Shown piece by piece: positions 38,801 to 51,338 of a DNA stretch of 63,994 bases. A program made the position numbers and the translations under genes. The notes beneath the pieces were generated by a model. It did no database searches. It was not told the origin of the DNA and was given only the letters and a program-made list of their open reading frames with translations. Every line of letters starts with the position of its first letter. The first letter of the stretch is position 1. Source of the stretch: Octopus sinensis (Eukaryota); contig NC_043025.1 of assembly GCF_006345805.1 (NCBI RefSeq), positions 9,982,007 through 10,046,000 of the forward strand. The letters are read 5' to 3'.

Positions 38801-41800
38801 ATCTGATGTGCTGTGGTATGCTTTGCTGATCTTGAGAAAGTCTCATCTCCCTTCTGTCTTGAGACACCATCTGATGTCCTGTGGCATGCCTTTGCTGATC
38901 TGAGAAAGTCTCATCTCCTTTCTGTCTTGAGACACACCATCTGATGTGCTGTGGTATGCCTTTGCTGATCTTGAGAAAGTCTCATCTCCTTTCTGTCTTG
39001 AGACACCATCTGATGTGCTGTGGTATGCCTTTGCTGATCTTGAGAAAGTCTCATCTCCTTTCTGTCTTGAGACACCATCTGATGTGCTGTGGTATGCCTT
39101 TGCTGATCTTGAGAAAGTCTCATCTCCTTTCTGTCTTGAGACACCATCTGATGTGCTGTGGCATGCCTTTGCTGATCTTGAGAAAGTCTCATCTCCTTTC
39201 TGTCTTGAGACACCATCTGATGTGCTGTGTATGCCTTTGCTGATCTTGAGAAAGTCTCATCTCCTTCTGTCTTGAGACACCATCTGATGTCCTGTGGCAT
39301 GCCTTTGCTGATCTTGAGAAAGTCTCATCTCCTTTCTGTCTTGAGACACCATCTGATGTGCTGTGGTATGCCTTTGCTGCTCTTGATGATCTCATCTCCT
39401 TTCTGTCTTGAGACACCATCTGATGTGCTGTGGTATGCCTTTGCTGATCTTGAGAAAGTCTCATCTCCTTTCTGTCTTGAGACACCATCTGATGTGCTGT
39501 GGTATGCCTTTGCTGATCTTGAGAAAGTCTCATCTCCTTTCTGTCTTGAGACACCATCTGATGTCCTGTGGCATGCCTTTGCTGATCTTGAGAAAGTCTC
39601 ATCTCCTTTCTGTCTTGAGACACCATCTGATGTGCTGTGGTATGCCTTTGCTGATCTTGAGAAAGTCTCATCTCCTTTCTGTCTTGAGACACCATCTGAT
39701 GTGCTGTGGCATGCCTCTGCTGATCTTGAGAAAGTCTCATCTCCCTTCTGTCTTGAGACACCATCTGATGTGCTGTGGTATGCCTTTGCTGATCTTGAGA
39801 AAGTCTCATCTCCTTTCTGTCTTGAGACACCATCTGATGTGCTGTGGTATGCCTTTGCTGATCTTGAGAAAGTCTCATCTCCTTTCTGTCTTGAGACAAC
39901 CATCTGATGTGCTGTGGTATGCCTTTGCTGATCTTGAGAAAGTCTCATCTCCTTTCTGTCTTGAGACACCATCTGATGTGCTGTGGTATGCCTTTGCTGA
40001 TCTTGAGAAAGTCTCATCTCCTTTCTGTCTTGAGACACCATCTGATGTGCTGTGGTATGCCTTTGCTGATCTTGAGAAAGTCTCATCTCCTTTCTGTCTG
40101 AGACACCATCTGATGTGCTGTGGTATGCCTTTGCTGATCTTGAGAAAGTCTCATCTCCTTTCTGTCTTGAGACACCATCTGATGTGCTGTGGTATGCCTT
40201 TGCTGATCTTGAGAAGTCTCATCTCCTTTCTTCTTGAGACACCATCTGATGTGCTGTGGTATGCCTTTGCTGATTTGAGAAAAGTCTCATCTCCTTTCTG
40301 TCTTGAGACACCATTGATGTGCTGTGGTATGCCTTTGCTGATCTTGAGAAGTCTCATCTCCTTTCTGTCTTGAGACACCATCTGATGTGCTGTGGTATGC
40401 TTTGCTGATCTTGAGAAAGTCTCATCTCTCCTTTCTGTCTTGAGACACCATCTGATGTGCTGTGGTATGCCTTTGCTGATCTTGAGAAAGTCTCATCTCC
40501 TTTCTGTCTTGAGACACCATCTGATGTGCTGTGGTATGCCTTTGCTGATCTTGAGAAAGTCTCATCTCCTTTCTGTCTTGAGACACCATCTGATGTGCTG
40601 TGTATGCCTTTGCTGATCTTGAGAAAGTCTCATCTCCTTTCTGTCTTGAGACACCATCTGATGTGCTGTGGTATGCCTTTGCTGATCTTGAGAAAGTCTC
40701 ATCTCCTTTCTGTCTTGAGACACACACCATCTGATGTGCTGTGGCATGCCTCTGCTGATCTTGAGAAAGTCTCATCTCCCTTCTGTCTTGAGACACCATC
40801 TGATGTGCTGTGGTATGCCTTTGCTGATCTTGAGAAAGTCTCATCTCCTTTCTGTCTTGAGACACCATCTGATGTGCTGTGGTATGCCTTTGCTGATCTT
40901 GAGAAAGTCTCATCTCCTTTCTGTCTTGAGACACCATCTGATGTGCTGTGGTATGCCTTTGCTGATCTTGAGAAAGTCTCATCTCCTTTCTGTCTTGAGA
41001 CACCATCTGATGTGCTGTGGTATGCCTTTGCTGATCTTGAGAAAGTCTCATCTCCTTTCTGTCTTGAGACACCATCTGATGTGCTGTGGTATGCCTTTGC
41101 TGATCTTGAAAAGTCTCATCTCCTTTCTGTCTTGAGACACCATCTGATGTGCTGTGGTATGCCTTTGCTGATCTTGAGAAGTCTCATCTCCTTTCTGTCT
41201 TGAGACACATCTGATGTGCTGTGGTATGCCTTTGCTGATCTTGAGAAAGTCTCATCTCCTTTCTGTCTTGAGACACCATCTGATGTCCTGTGGCATGCCT
41301 TTGCTGATCTTGAGAAAGTCTCATCTCCTTTCTGTCTTGAGACACCATCTGATGTGCTGTGGTATGCCTTTGCTGATCTTGAGAAAGTCTCATCTCCTTT
41401 CTGTCTTGAGACACCATCTGATGTGCTGTGGCATGCCTTTGCTGATCTTGAGAAAGTCTCATCTCCTTTCTGTCTTGAGACACCATCTGATGTCCTGTGG
41501 CATGCCTTTGCTGATCTTGAGAAAGTCTCATCTCCCTTCTGTCTTGGGATCCAACAGACGTGCTGCAGCATATCTTTGCTGCTGTTGAGAAAGTCTCTTC
41601 TCCCTTCTCTCTCAAGATTCTATTTAACATTCTGCAACATGCCTTTGGTGATATTTGGAAAGTGTCAAGTCCCTTTTGTATTGAGACTCTGGCGTACTGC
41701 AGCATGCTTTACTAATGTTGCAAAAGTTTGGTGTCCCTTATCTCTTGAGACGCTCGCCTTTAGTTTTCTGCACTCCTCCTTGCTTTATAGGTGTTTCTGG

Positions 41801-41831
41801 AGAGATTACAATTTTTCCTTTGGTGGCACAT
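35900..41831 (-). pseudogene. Disrupted 5' part of a Helitron Rep/helicase gene: basic N-terminus, expanded STPR-like repeats, CxxC...CC motif
   Basis: Minus strand from ATG 41831: MCHQRKNCNLSRNTYKARRSAEN*RR, then diverged 23-aa units ASQEIRDTKLLQH**.., ESQYKRDLTLSKYHQRHVAEC*I, ES*ERREKRLSQQQQRYAAARLL, then (VSQDRKEMRLSQDQQRHTTAHQM)n, then ..GAAFRYDPSHSYKNDNSVQIGVLNSNCCLCKDLTFTLQMFCYQCC. From memory this resembles animal Helitron N-termini (AF.YDP..Y.....V.IG.M...C..C.A.KF......CC). No Rep or helicase motifs are present in the window. Confidence 0.7.
36203..41545. repeat. 69-bp tandem array, about 77 copies
   Basis: Unit tgtggtatgcctttgctgatcttgagaaagtctcatctcctttctgtcttgagacaccatctgatgtgc; 23-aa periodicity in the ORF track confirms 69 bp. 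Confidence 0.97.
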
Positions 41832-42815
41832 TTTTTTTTCAATATTTTAAGCCAAAAATTACGTTCATAGGAAAAAATATACATTAACCTCTAAGTAGTT
41901 GTATGTATGTAGTATGTTTATCTTTTTGTATGCAGTGTAAAGTAACCAAACATAAGCAAACTGTAAAATGCTTTACAGCCTTGCAACGGCTGCGATAATT
42001 ATGAACTGTTAATGGAACGATAGATGTGTATTGTTTTATAACTTGGACCTTCGACATAATTGTTTTTTCTCAAGAGTTTGTGTAGATGTATGTGTATGTG
42101 TAATAACGTAGGTAATGGGTGTGCAAACACACAGACACACTCACAGATACATACACACTCATATACAAAATGTGGTGAAACACATACGTACACTCTCACA
42201 TATAGACACATATATATATAGTAAGAGAGAGACACGTAAAGACGTACATTCATGTATGTCAGTCATTAGATGTGTATATGTATGTACAGATATGTGTGTG
42301 TGTGTTTAATAACACTCTCACGTACAGACACATACATATAGTAAGAGAGATACGTAAAGACATACATTCATGTATGTCGGTCACCACGTGTGTATATGTA
42401 TGTACAGATGTATGTGTTTAATAACATACCGAACACAGAAACACACACAGAGTCTGAGAGATACACACACACTCATACACCCACACACATACACTCATAC
42501 ACCCACACACATACACTCAGAGACACATACACGCTCATATATGTGGTGTCGTCGTTGTCGTTGTGGTTTGAAATGTCCTTTACAATCTCATATGTATTGA
42601 ACATGCAAACACACACACAAAACTGGAAGAATAAAAATGAAGCAATATTACACAACGGTTTTCTATAGAGAGAGAATTGTAAATAGTGTATTTAAATAGA
42701 CGGAGTGCAGAAAATTTAAAGTAAGTGAAGTTGTGTGGGAGAACATACAAATAGTGTGAAGACAAAGATAATTATGCATGACAAAACTGAAATACACAGA
42801 AGTCAATACTCAGAA

Positions 42816-42878
<63 letters not shown>

Positions 42879-43044
42879 GGGTGATTGAAGAAACAGATAT
42901 TTGTATATGTGAAATTGAGAAAAAGAAAAAGAGATAAATAGGGAGCGAGAAAAGGAAAGAATTGCTTGAAAACTGCGGAAGTCAAAGGGAGAAAATGCAA
43001 ATTTTTGGAGAAAAACCCACGTGGAAAACTTTTTTTGGACGGTT

Positions 43045-43500
43045 TGACTGAGGTTTGGAAAGCCAGCGGCTGCACCAGCCTCCAGTCTGATCTGGCAGTG
43101 TTTCTATACAGCTGGATGCCCTTCCTAACGCCAACCACTCCTAGAGTATAGTGGGTGCTTTTTACGAGCCAACGGCACAGGAGCCAGTCAGGTGGGCCTG
43201 GCATCGCTCATGTTCGGATGGTGCTTTTTACATACCACCAGCACAAGTGCCAGTCTGAGGGTATTGGCATCGGCTACGATCGGTTGGTGCTTTTTATGTG
43301 CCACTGGCATGAGCCAGTCAGGTAAACCTGGCGTCTAAGGGCCAGCCTTGGCACACCCTGTATCACGCTGAATCTCCCTGAGAAGTATGTAAAGGGATAC
43401 ACATGTCTGTGGAGTGCTGAGCCATTTGTATGCCAATTCCACAGGAAAGATTTTCAAATGATCAGATCAGCTGGGAACCTCGTTGTCATAACTGACAGAA
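43045..43500. mobile_element. Family F (minus, 43045-43345) followed by family D tail (plus, 43360-43500)
   Basis: ggctgcaccagcctccagtctgatctggcag and three gtgctttttac-type subrepeats; then cacgctgaatctccctgagaa...gtctgtggagtgctgagcca. Confidence 0.7.
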
Positions 43501-43550
43501 TGGCTGTTAGGGTTAGAGAGGAAGACGCTGTCTTCTAGTGTCTTTATCAA

Positions 43551-43958
43551 AAGGCATAGGAGTGGCTGTGTGGCAAGTAGCTTGCTTACCAACCACATGG
43601 TTCAGGGTTCAGTCCCACTATGTGGCACATTGGGCGAGTGTCTTCTACTATAGCCTCGGGCCAACCAAAGCTTTGTGAGTGGGTTTGGTAGACGGAAACT
43701 GAAAGAAGCCCATGGTATATATGTATATATATTTATGTATATGTATGTGTTTGTGTGTCTGTGTTTGTTCTCCCAACATCGCTTGACAACCGATGCTGGT
43801 GCGTTTACGTCCCCATAACTTAGCGGTTCAGCAAAAGAGACCAATAGAATAAGTACTAAGCTTACAAAGAATAAGTCTTGGGGTCGATTTGCTTGACTAA
43901 AGGCGGTGCTCCAGCATGGCCACAGTCAAATGACTGAAACAAGTAAAAGAGTAAAAGG
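43551..43958 (+). mobile_element. SINE family A, full length
   Basis: Matches 32619-33023. Confidence 0.9.
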
Positions 43959-44329
43959 TGGACATGAATGGCAAGACTGGAGAGGCTGAATAGATCTACC
44001 CTGAGTATGCTTCTCTAAGCAAGAAGCAAGAAACAGAACAGGGCACTTCTCATGCCCTGGAAATGGCAGGAGGGTAAGCTGGAACCTTCTGTATGGGGTC
44101 TTCCCTGAATTACCCTTGGTCGACTGCCCCATGGTTTGGGATTCTATTTATTCATTTTTTCTGAATTCTGTTTTTGTGTTTTATATTCCAATTATTTCAC
44201 TTTCCATTGATATAAATCCCACCTTGGTGATGTATTGTCTTTCATCCATTGATTGTTATCGTCCATGTCTTCGGCCCTTGGGGCCGATAGCAAAAAAAAT
44301 TCATAATGATTATTCACTTTAACCATATT

Positions 44330-44636
44330 GTTAGCATTACTATTATTATTATTATAGTTATTATTATCATTATTATTATTATTATAGTTATTATTATAGT
44401 TATTATTATTATCATCATCATCATTATTATTATTATTATTATTATTATCATTGTTATTGTTATTATTATCATCATCATCACCATCATCATCTTCATCACC
44501 ATTATTACTAGTTATTATTATCATTATTATATGCCCCCCACCCACACACACATTGTGTCTGTTTTTGCATTGTGTCCCCCTCATCCTTCACCCTGATGAC
44601 AAATAAATGAAATCATTATCATTATTGTTGTTGATG

Positions 44637-44670
<34 letters not shown>

Positions 44671-45374
44671 TATTATCATTATTATTATTATTATTATCAT
44701 TATTATTATCATTATTATTATTATCATTATTATTATTATCATCATTATTATTATCATTATTGTTATTGTTATTATTATTATTATTATATCATCGTTATTA
44801 TTATTATTATCATTATTATTACCATTATTATTATCATTATTATTATTATTATCCTCATTATTATTATTATTATTATTATTAACATCATTATTATTATTAT
44901 CATTAACATTATTATTATTATTATTATCATTATTATTATCATCATTATTATTATCATCATCATTATTATTACTATATTATCATCAACATTATTATTATTA
45001 TTATTATTATCATTATTATCATTATTATTATTATCATTATTATTATTATCATCATTATTATTATCATTATTGTTATTGTTATTATTATTATTATTATTAT
45101 CATCGTTATTATTATTATTATCATTATTATTACCATTATTATTAATTATTATTATTATTATCCTCATTATTATATTATTATTATTATTAACATCATTATT
45201 ATTATTATCATTAACATTATTATTATTATTATTATCATTATTATTATCATCATTATTATTATCATCATCATTATTATTACTATATTATCATCAACATTAT
45301 TATTATTATTATTATTATCATTATTATCATTATTATTATTATTATCATTATAATTATTATTATTATTATTATAA

Positions 45375-45429
<55 letters not shown>

Positions 45430-45589
45430 CCTCATTATTATCATTATTATTATTATTATTATCATTATTATTATCATCCTCATTATTATTGTACTGTAAC
45501 ATCTTGGACAGCTTTGTTCCTGCTGCGTGCGTCTCCCACCATGTAGATATAACTGTCATTATCAGAAAGATTCCACACACACACACACA

Positions 45590-45620
<31 letters not shown>

Positions 45621-46478
45621 CGGTCACCCCAACCCCCCACCAGACACCACCTCGCCCACACCTACCCCCTGGAGTTCAACAACTAAGCCTGACCTTCTCC
45701 CCCCACAAAACAAAAACACCCTCACCGACACCTCACACTCCACCCCCCACCGAAGGGAACTTTCTTCTTTTTTTCTTTTACCTCTCCCCACATCTCTCTC
45801 ATCTGTTTTTAAGAATCCTGATGTGAAATTCATAGATGTGTTCTCTCCCTCTGTCTGTCTCCGTCTCTCTCTCTCTCTCTCTCTTCTTTCCTCACTCTTA
45901 TTCTGTCTTCCTCTCTCTTCTTCCCTGTCTCCGTCTCCTTACTATTATTCTCTGTCTTTCTCTCTCTTCTTCTCTCTGTCTCTCTCTCCAGACTCTTATA
46001 CTCTGTCTTTCTCTCTCTTCTCTCTCTCTCTCTCCTCACTCTTATTCTCTCTCTTTTTCTCTCTTCTTCTCTGTCTCTCTCTCCTCACTCTTATTCTCTC
46101 TCTTTCTCGCTCTTCTCTCTGTTTCTCTCTCTCATTCTTATTGTCTTTTTCTCTATTCTTCTCTCTGTCTCTCTCTCTCTCCTCACTCTTATTCTCTGTC
46201 TTCCTCTTTCTATTTTTCACCCTCTTCTGTCTGTCTGTGTCTCTCTCAATCCTGTCTCTCTCCTTTTTTCACTTTTTCTCTGTCTCTCTCTCTTTCCTTT
46301 CTTATTTCCCTCTCCTACTCTATCATTCTTCTCTCTCTCTTTCTCTCTCCCTCTTCTCTCTCTCCCATTTCCCTCTAACATTCCTCTCTCTCTCCTTCTC
46401 TCTCTCTCTCTTCTCTCTCTCCCATTTCCCTCTATCATTCCTCTCTCTCTTCTCTCTCTCCCATTTCCCTCTATCATT

Positions 46479-46516
<38 letters not shown>

Positions 46517-46755
46517 GTCATTGTATGAACATGTGTGTCTGTCTGCCTGTCTATCTGTTTTTGCTATTACATTCATTACACACACACACAAAGGCAAAAA
46601 CATATTTGGATAAGAATAAAAAAAAACTCATATTGACAATAACAATAAAAATAATAACAACAATAGCAACAACAACAACAACAACAACAATATTAGCAAT
46701 AATAATAATAATAATAATAGTAATAATAATAATGATAATAATAATAATAATAATA

Positions 46756-46801
<46 letters not shown>

Positions 46802-47030
46802 TAGCAATAACAATAATAATAATGACAACATCAATAATAATTATAATGGTGGTGGTGGTGGTGATGTATTTTTGCCTTTACAGACAGAAAGAACCTGTGG
46901 TTGATAGGTGGTAGTCACGAACAAATTACTGACACGTGTGTGTGTGTATGTGTGTGTATAGACATATACAGGTGTATATGTAAATAGACATAATATATAT
47001 ATATTGTGCATGTATATATATATATATATA

Positions 47031-47061
<31 letters not shown>

Positions 47062-47062
47062 C

Positions 47063-47108
<46 letters not shown>

Positions 47109-47109
47109 C

Positions 47110-47147
<38 letters not shown>

Positions 47148-47161
47148 TATATAATATATAC

Positions 47162-47227
<66 letters not shown>

Positions 47228-47421
47228 CATGCACATATATATATATATAAGTAAATATATATGACTAAAAATATGTGTGTATATATATGTATTTATGCAT
47301 GTATATACATGTGTGTGTATATGTGTGTGTAAAACGAATGACCAAAAACAAGATATGAAACAATTTTCGACAAGGGATACGAAGATACATAAATATATAT
47401 ATATTTGTGTATATACACACA

Positions 47422-47459
<38 letters not shown>

Positions 47460-47460
47460 G
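44330..47460. repeat. (ATT/ATC)n, (CT)-rich, (ATA)n and (TA)n blocks
   Basis: Direct reading. Confidence 0.95.
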
Positions 47461-47747
47461 TAAACATAGAGACACGTATATAAATGAAGATCATGCATGG
47501 TTCACGCAGATTTCTTTCGTATCATTTTTCATAAATTATCTCTTTCTATTTATTTTGTCACTGCATAGGCTTTATATCATAGGCCCAAATAATTCATAAT
47601 CTATATGGACATTTGTTGAGCACTTTCCATAAGAAAAATTACAACAGGTCTTCGCAAGCAGAGTTTTAGTGTCCAAAGAAGGAAAAGGTACGCATAAGTG
47701 GGCTGGTAACACCCCTGGCATAGGCCACGAGATTATGGTCTCATATA

Positions 47748-47790
<43 letters not shown>

Positions 47791-47959
47791 TAAGTGATTA
47801 AGGGTTTAGCAACGATTTGCCTCACCACACACCGAATTTAGAAATAGCAGTCAAAGAGTTATGGCTATTCTTTCTACTTAAAAGAGGGATCTCAGTAAAA
47901 CCACAGCACTTAAAAGGCAAACAACGCAGGTAAAAGAGAAATATATATATATATTACTT

Positions 47960-48362
47960 TTTTTTTTTACTTTTTACTTGTTTCAGTCATTTGACTGTGG
48001 CCATGCTGGAGCACCGCCTTTAGTCGAGCAAATCGACCCCAGGACTTGTTCTTTGTAAGCCTAGTACTTATTGTATCGGTCTCTTTTGCCGGACCACTAA
48101 GTTACAGGGACGTAAACACACCAGCATCGGTTGTCAAGCGATGTTGGAGGGACAAACACAGACATACAAACATATACACACACATACATATACATATATC
48201 CAACGGGCTTCTTTCAGTTTCCGTCTACCAAATCTACTCACAAGGCTTTGGTCGGCCCGAGGCTATAGTAGAAGACACTTGCCCAAGGTGCCACGCAGTG
48301 GGACTGAATCCAGAACCATGTGGTTGGTAAACAAGCTACTTACCGGACAGCCACTCCTACAC
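47960..48362 (-). mobile_element. SINE family A, full length
   Basis: Reverse complement match to the family. Confidence 0.9.
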
Positions 48363-48491
48363 CTGTCTGATAGATAGATAGATAGATAGAAGGATAGATA
48401 GATAGACAGACAAACAGATAGATATATATTGAAACACTTATTAAAAAAAACATATATCAGAAAGAAGCACACTCTAACGAATAGAGCAGTA

Positions 48492-48606
48492 ATTATTAGA
48501 ACAAAGATTTTATTTCTTGGACATAGAGTTACCCCAGGTTTTCCATCCACAAAGTGAATCCTTGGGTAACTCTATGTCCACGATATAAAATTTTTGTTGT
48601 AATAAT
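48492..48606. repeat. Short fold-back element (~43-bp imperfect arms, ~29-nt spacer)
   Basis: attattagaacaaagattttatttcttggacatagagttaccc ... gggtaactctatgtccacgatataaaatttttgttgtaataat. Confidence 0.8.
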
Positions 48607-48711
48607 ATATATCTTTATACACACACACACAAACATATATATATGTATATTATATGTGAATATTTATTTTTATATAAATATATTTTTTATATATATGCAT
48701 ACATATATATA

Positions 48712-48751
<40 letters not shown>

Positions 48752-48754
<3 letters not shown>

Positions 48755-48870
48755 AAACACTGCCAGATCAGACTGGGCCTGGTGCAGCCTTCTGGTTTAC
48801 AAGACCCCAGTTGAACCATCCAACCCATGCTAGCATGGAAAGCGGACGTTAAACTATGATGATGATGATG
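48752..48870 (+). mobile_element. Retroposon family F, 3' fragment
   Basis: ccatgctagcatggaaagcggacgttaaactatgatgatgatg. Confidence 0.75.
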
Positions 48871-48889
48871 AGATATATATATATATATA

Positions 48890-49510
48890 TCAGGTCATCC
48901 CATAAGTTCTGTCCGATTTTACCTTTTTTAAAAATTGAATGAAATTTAATAGTATTTTAGAATGTCTAATGGAATTAAAAATTATTTTTATGCATTTGAG
49001 TATATTTAAACTAATTAAATATTATTTTACAGAATAATAGAAGTAAAATTGTTTTGATTAAAACCCTTTCTAACATGGAAGTATCCAAAGAGCATTTGAG
49101 GCACATAATGCTTTATGAGTACAAAAAGGGAAACTCTGCAGCCGAAGCGACTTGAAAGAACCACTCAGTTTATGGGAAAGAATGCTTGAATGAAAGAACT
49201 TGCAGAAGATGGTTTGCAAAATCCAGAAGTGGAGATTTCAGCCTTGAAGACGAAGATCGAACAGGATGTCCAGTTGAGTTTGATGATAAGATCCTTGAAG
49301 CATTACTTGAAGAAAATCCTGCATTATCAGTTGAAGAATTGGCAATAAAGCTTAATTCAAACCATACAACTGTTCATCATCATCTTCAACAACTTGGAAA
49401 GGTTCCTAAACTTGGAAAATAGGTGCCTCATGAATTGTCCAAAAGCAACCGCAAATCCTGAGGTGACATCTGTCTTTCTCTTCATTCTCGTGAACTCATT
49501 TCACCTTTTG
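48890..49510 (+). pseudogene. Mariner transposon 5' half with transposase pseudogene
   Basis: TA|TCAGGTC left end; ATG 49075 gives MEVSKEHLRHIMLYEYKKGNSAAEAT*...ERTCRRWFAKSRSGDFSLEDEDRTGCP...LQQLGKVPKLGK*VPHEL. The WVPHEL linker has TGG>TAG; the catalytic domain and right TIR are absent. Confidence 0.92.
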
Positions 49511-49532
49511 GATACTTGTGATGTATATGATA

Positions 49533-49574
<42 letters not shown>

Positions 49575-49604
49575 GTACATATATATATACATATATATAC
49601 ATAT

Positions 49605-49765
49605 ATATGACACACTTCTTTCCGTTTCCGTCTACCAAATCCACTCACACATTTCAGTTGGCCCAAAGCTATAGTAGAAGACAATTGCCCAATGTGCCAT
49701 GCAGTGGGACTGAACCCAGAACCACATAGTTGGGAACAAGCTTTCTTACCACACAGTCACTCCTC
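49605..49765 (-). mobile_element. SINE family A, 5' half
   Basis: ccgtctaccaaatccactcaca...gcagtgggactgaaccc...ttcttaccacacag. Confidence 0.75.
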
Positions 49766-49816
49766 ATCTAACTATATATATATAGATATAGATAGATGGA
49801 TAGATAGATATGTATA

Positions 49817-49927
<111 letters not shown>

Positions 49928-50643
49928 TATAAGAGAGAGAGCAGTATACATTATACATATATATAAACATACATATATACACACACATATATATAAAAGT
50001 GAAAGAAAAAGAGGTATATATGCATATGTATACATATATATACGTATATATGTATATTTATCTGTGTGTGCGTGTTTGTATACATGTATGAGTGGAAGTA
50101 AATGTGTAAATTACTTATAAGGTTGCGGCTCTGGGTAATATCTCTCGTTAAACTCCTGGTGCTACAGAATCCGGCTGACGAACATGCAGATAATTAATCA
50201 CAATTACAAAGTATGAGGAGCATAAAATGAATCGACTTGTCGGAGTTTCATTTGCTTTGTATCCATTACGGTGGGTTCAGCGACCAATAATGGAGATCAA
50301 AGAACAATTAGTAGATAAATTATAATCGATTAGATCACTCATGGATTGTATCTTTCAGATGGTACTTTAAAGTACCAAGTGTCAGAAGTTCACTGCAATT
50401 AAAGATACACAAGAAATGCAAGAGCCGACCGATGGAAACGGAGAGGAAGACACGTCTGGTGCGTAGCAGCAATGATGTGGATGGTTAGAGTTGAACAATG
50501 ACAGAAGGGGAAATATTGGTGTAAGTAAGTAAGTGATTAGGGTTGTTATTACAAAGCACCTGGAAAAAAAGGGGGGAAAGTAATGGAATGTTCTGAACTG
50601 AAAAGAGAAGAGGTAAGACACAAGACAAAAAGGTAAATGAAGT

Positions 50644-51250
50644 GTGGAGGCACATGGCCTAGTGGTTAGAGCAGCGGACTCGCGGCCGAGGGATCGCGGG
50701 TTCGAATCTCAGACCGGACAATGTGTGTGTTTATGAGTGAAACACCTAAGCTCCACACGGCTCTGGCAGAAGGTAATGGTGAACTTCTACCAGTCAGTGG
50801 AGGCACATGGCCTAGTGGTTAGAGCAGCGGACTCGCGGTCAAGGGATCATGGGTTCGAATCTCAGACCGGACAATGTGTGTGTTTATGAGCGAAACACCT
50901 AAGCTCCACACGGCTCTGGCAGAAGGTAATGGTGAACTTCTACCAGTCAGTGGAGGCACATGGCCTAGTGGTTAGAGCAGCGGACTCGCGGCCGAGGGAT
51001 CGCGGGTTCGAATCTCAGACCGGACAATGTGTGTGTTTATGAGCGAAACACCTAAGCTCCACGCGGCTCCGGCAGAAGGTAATGGCGAAACGTCTGCTGA
51101 CTCTTTCGCCACAACTTTCTCTCACTCTTTCCTCCTGCATCTTGCAGCTCACCTGCGACGGACTGGCGTCCCATCCAGGTGGGGAACCTATACGCCAAGG
51201 AAACCGGGAAAATGGCCCTTATGAGCCAGGCGTGGCTCGAGAAGGAACAA
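50644..51250 (+). mobile_element. SINE family C with three tandem heads, TSD up to 26 bp
   Basis: Heads at 50644, 50797 and 50950 (period 153); acaagacaaaaaggtaaatgaagtgt at 50620-50645 and 51251-51276. Confidence 0.9.
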
Positions 51251-51338
51251 ACAAGACAAAAAGGTAAATGAAGTGTAGCAGGGTTTAGATTTGAAACTGT
51301 GTCAGCTCAATAATGCACAACAGCCTTCACACATCAGG

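Noticed and set aside
36203-41545. CRISPR-like appearance (regular repeats with internal inverted gtctca/tgagac)
   Set aside because: No unique spacers, no cas genes, eukaryotic context.
36197-41887. Other long ORFs over the 69-bp array (LWYAFADLEK..., MCCGMPLL..., SRQKGDETF...)
   Set aside because: A stop-free 69-bp unit is open in four of six frames; only the RLSQDQQRH frame connects to recognisable motifs on both flanks.
42650-42676. Possible 5' terminus of the STPR-bearing Helitron (minus strand tctctctctatagaaaaccg)
   Set aside because: Resembles the 55204 start but is preceded by T rather than A, and the intervening 800 bp is low complexity; the boundary is not assignable.
44593-44620. 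CTGATGA...GAAA hammerhead-like spacing (similar cases near 54765 and 62285)
   Set aside because: No stem II pairing and no NUH or stem I complement.
50359-50488. Possible terminal exon (ttgtatctttcag| ...WYFKVPSVRSSLQLKIHKKCKSRPMETERK...*)
   Set aside because: Plausible acceptor and one open phase, but no recognisable homology or partner exon; needs RNA-seq.
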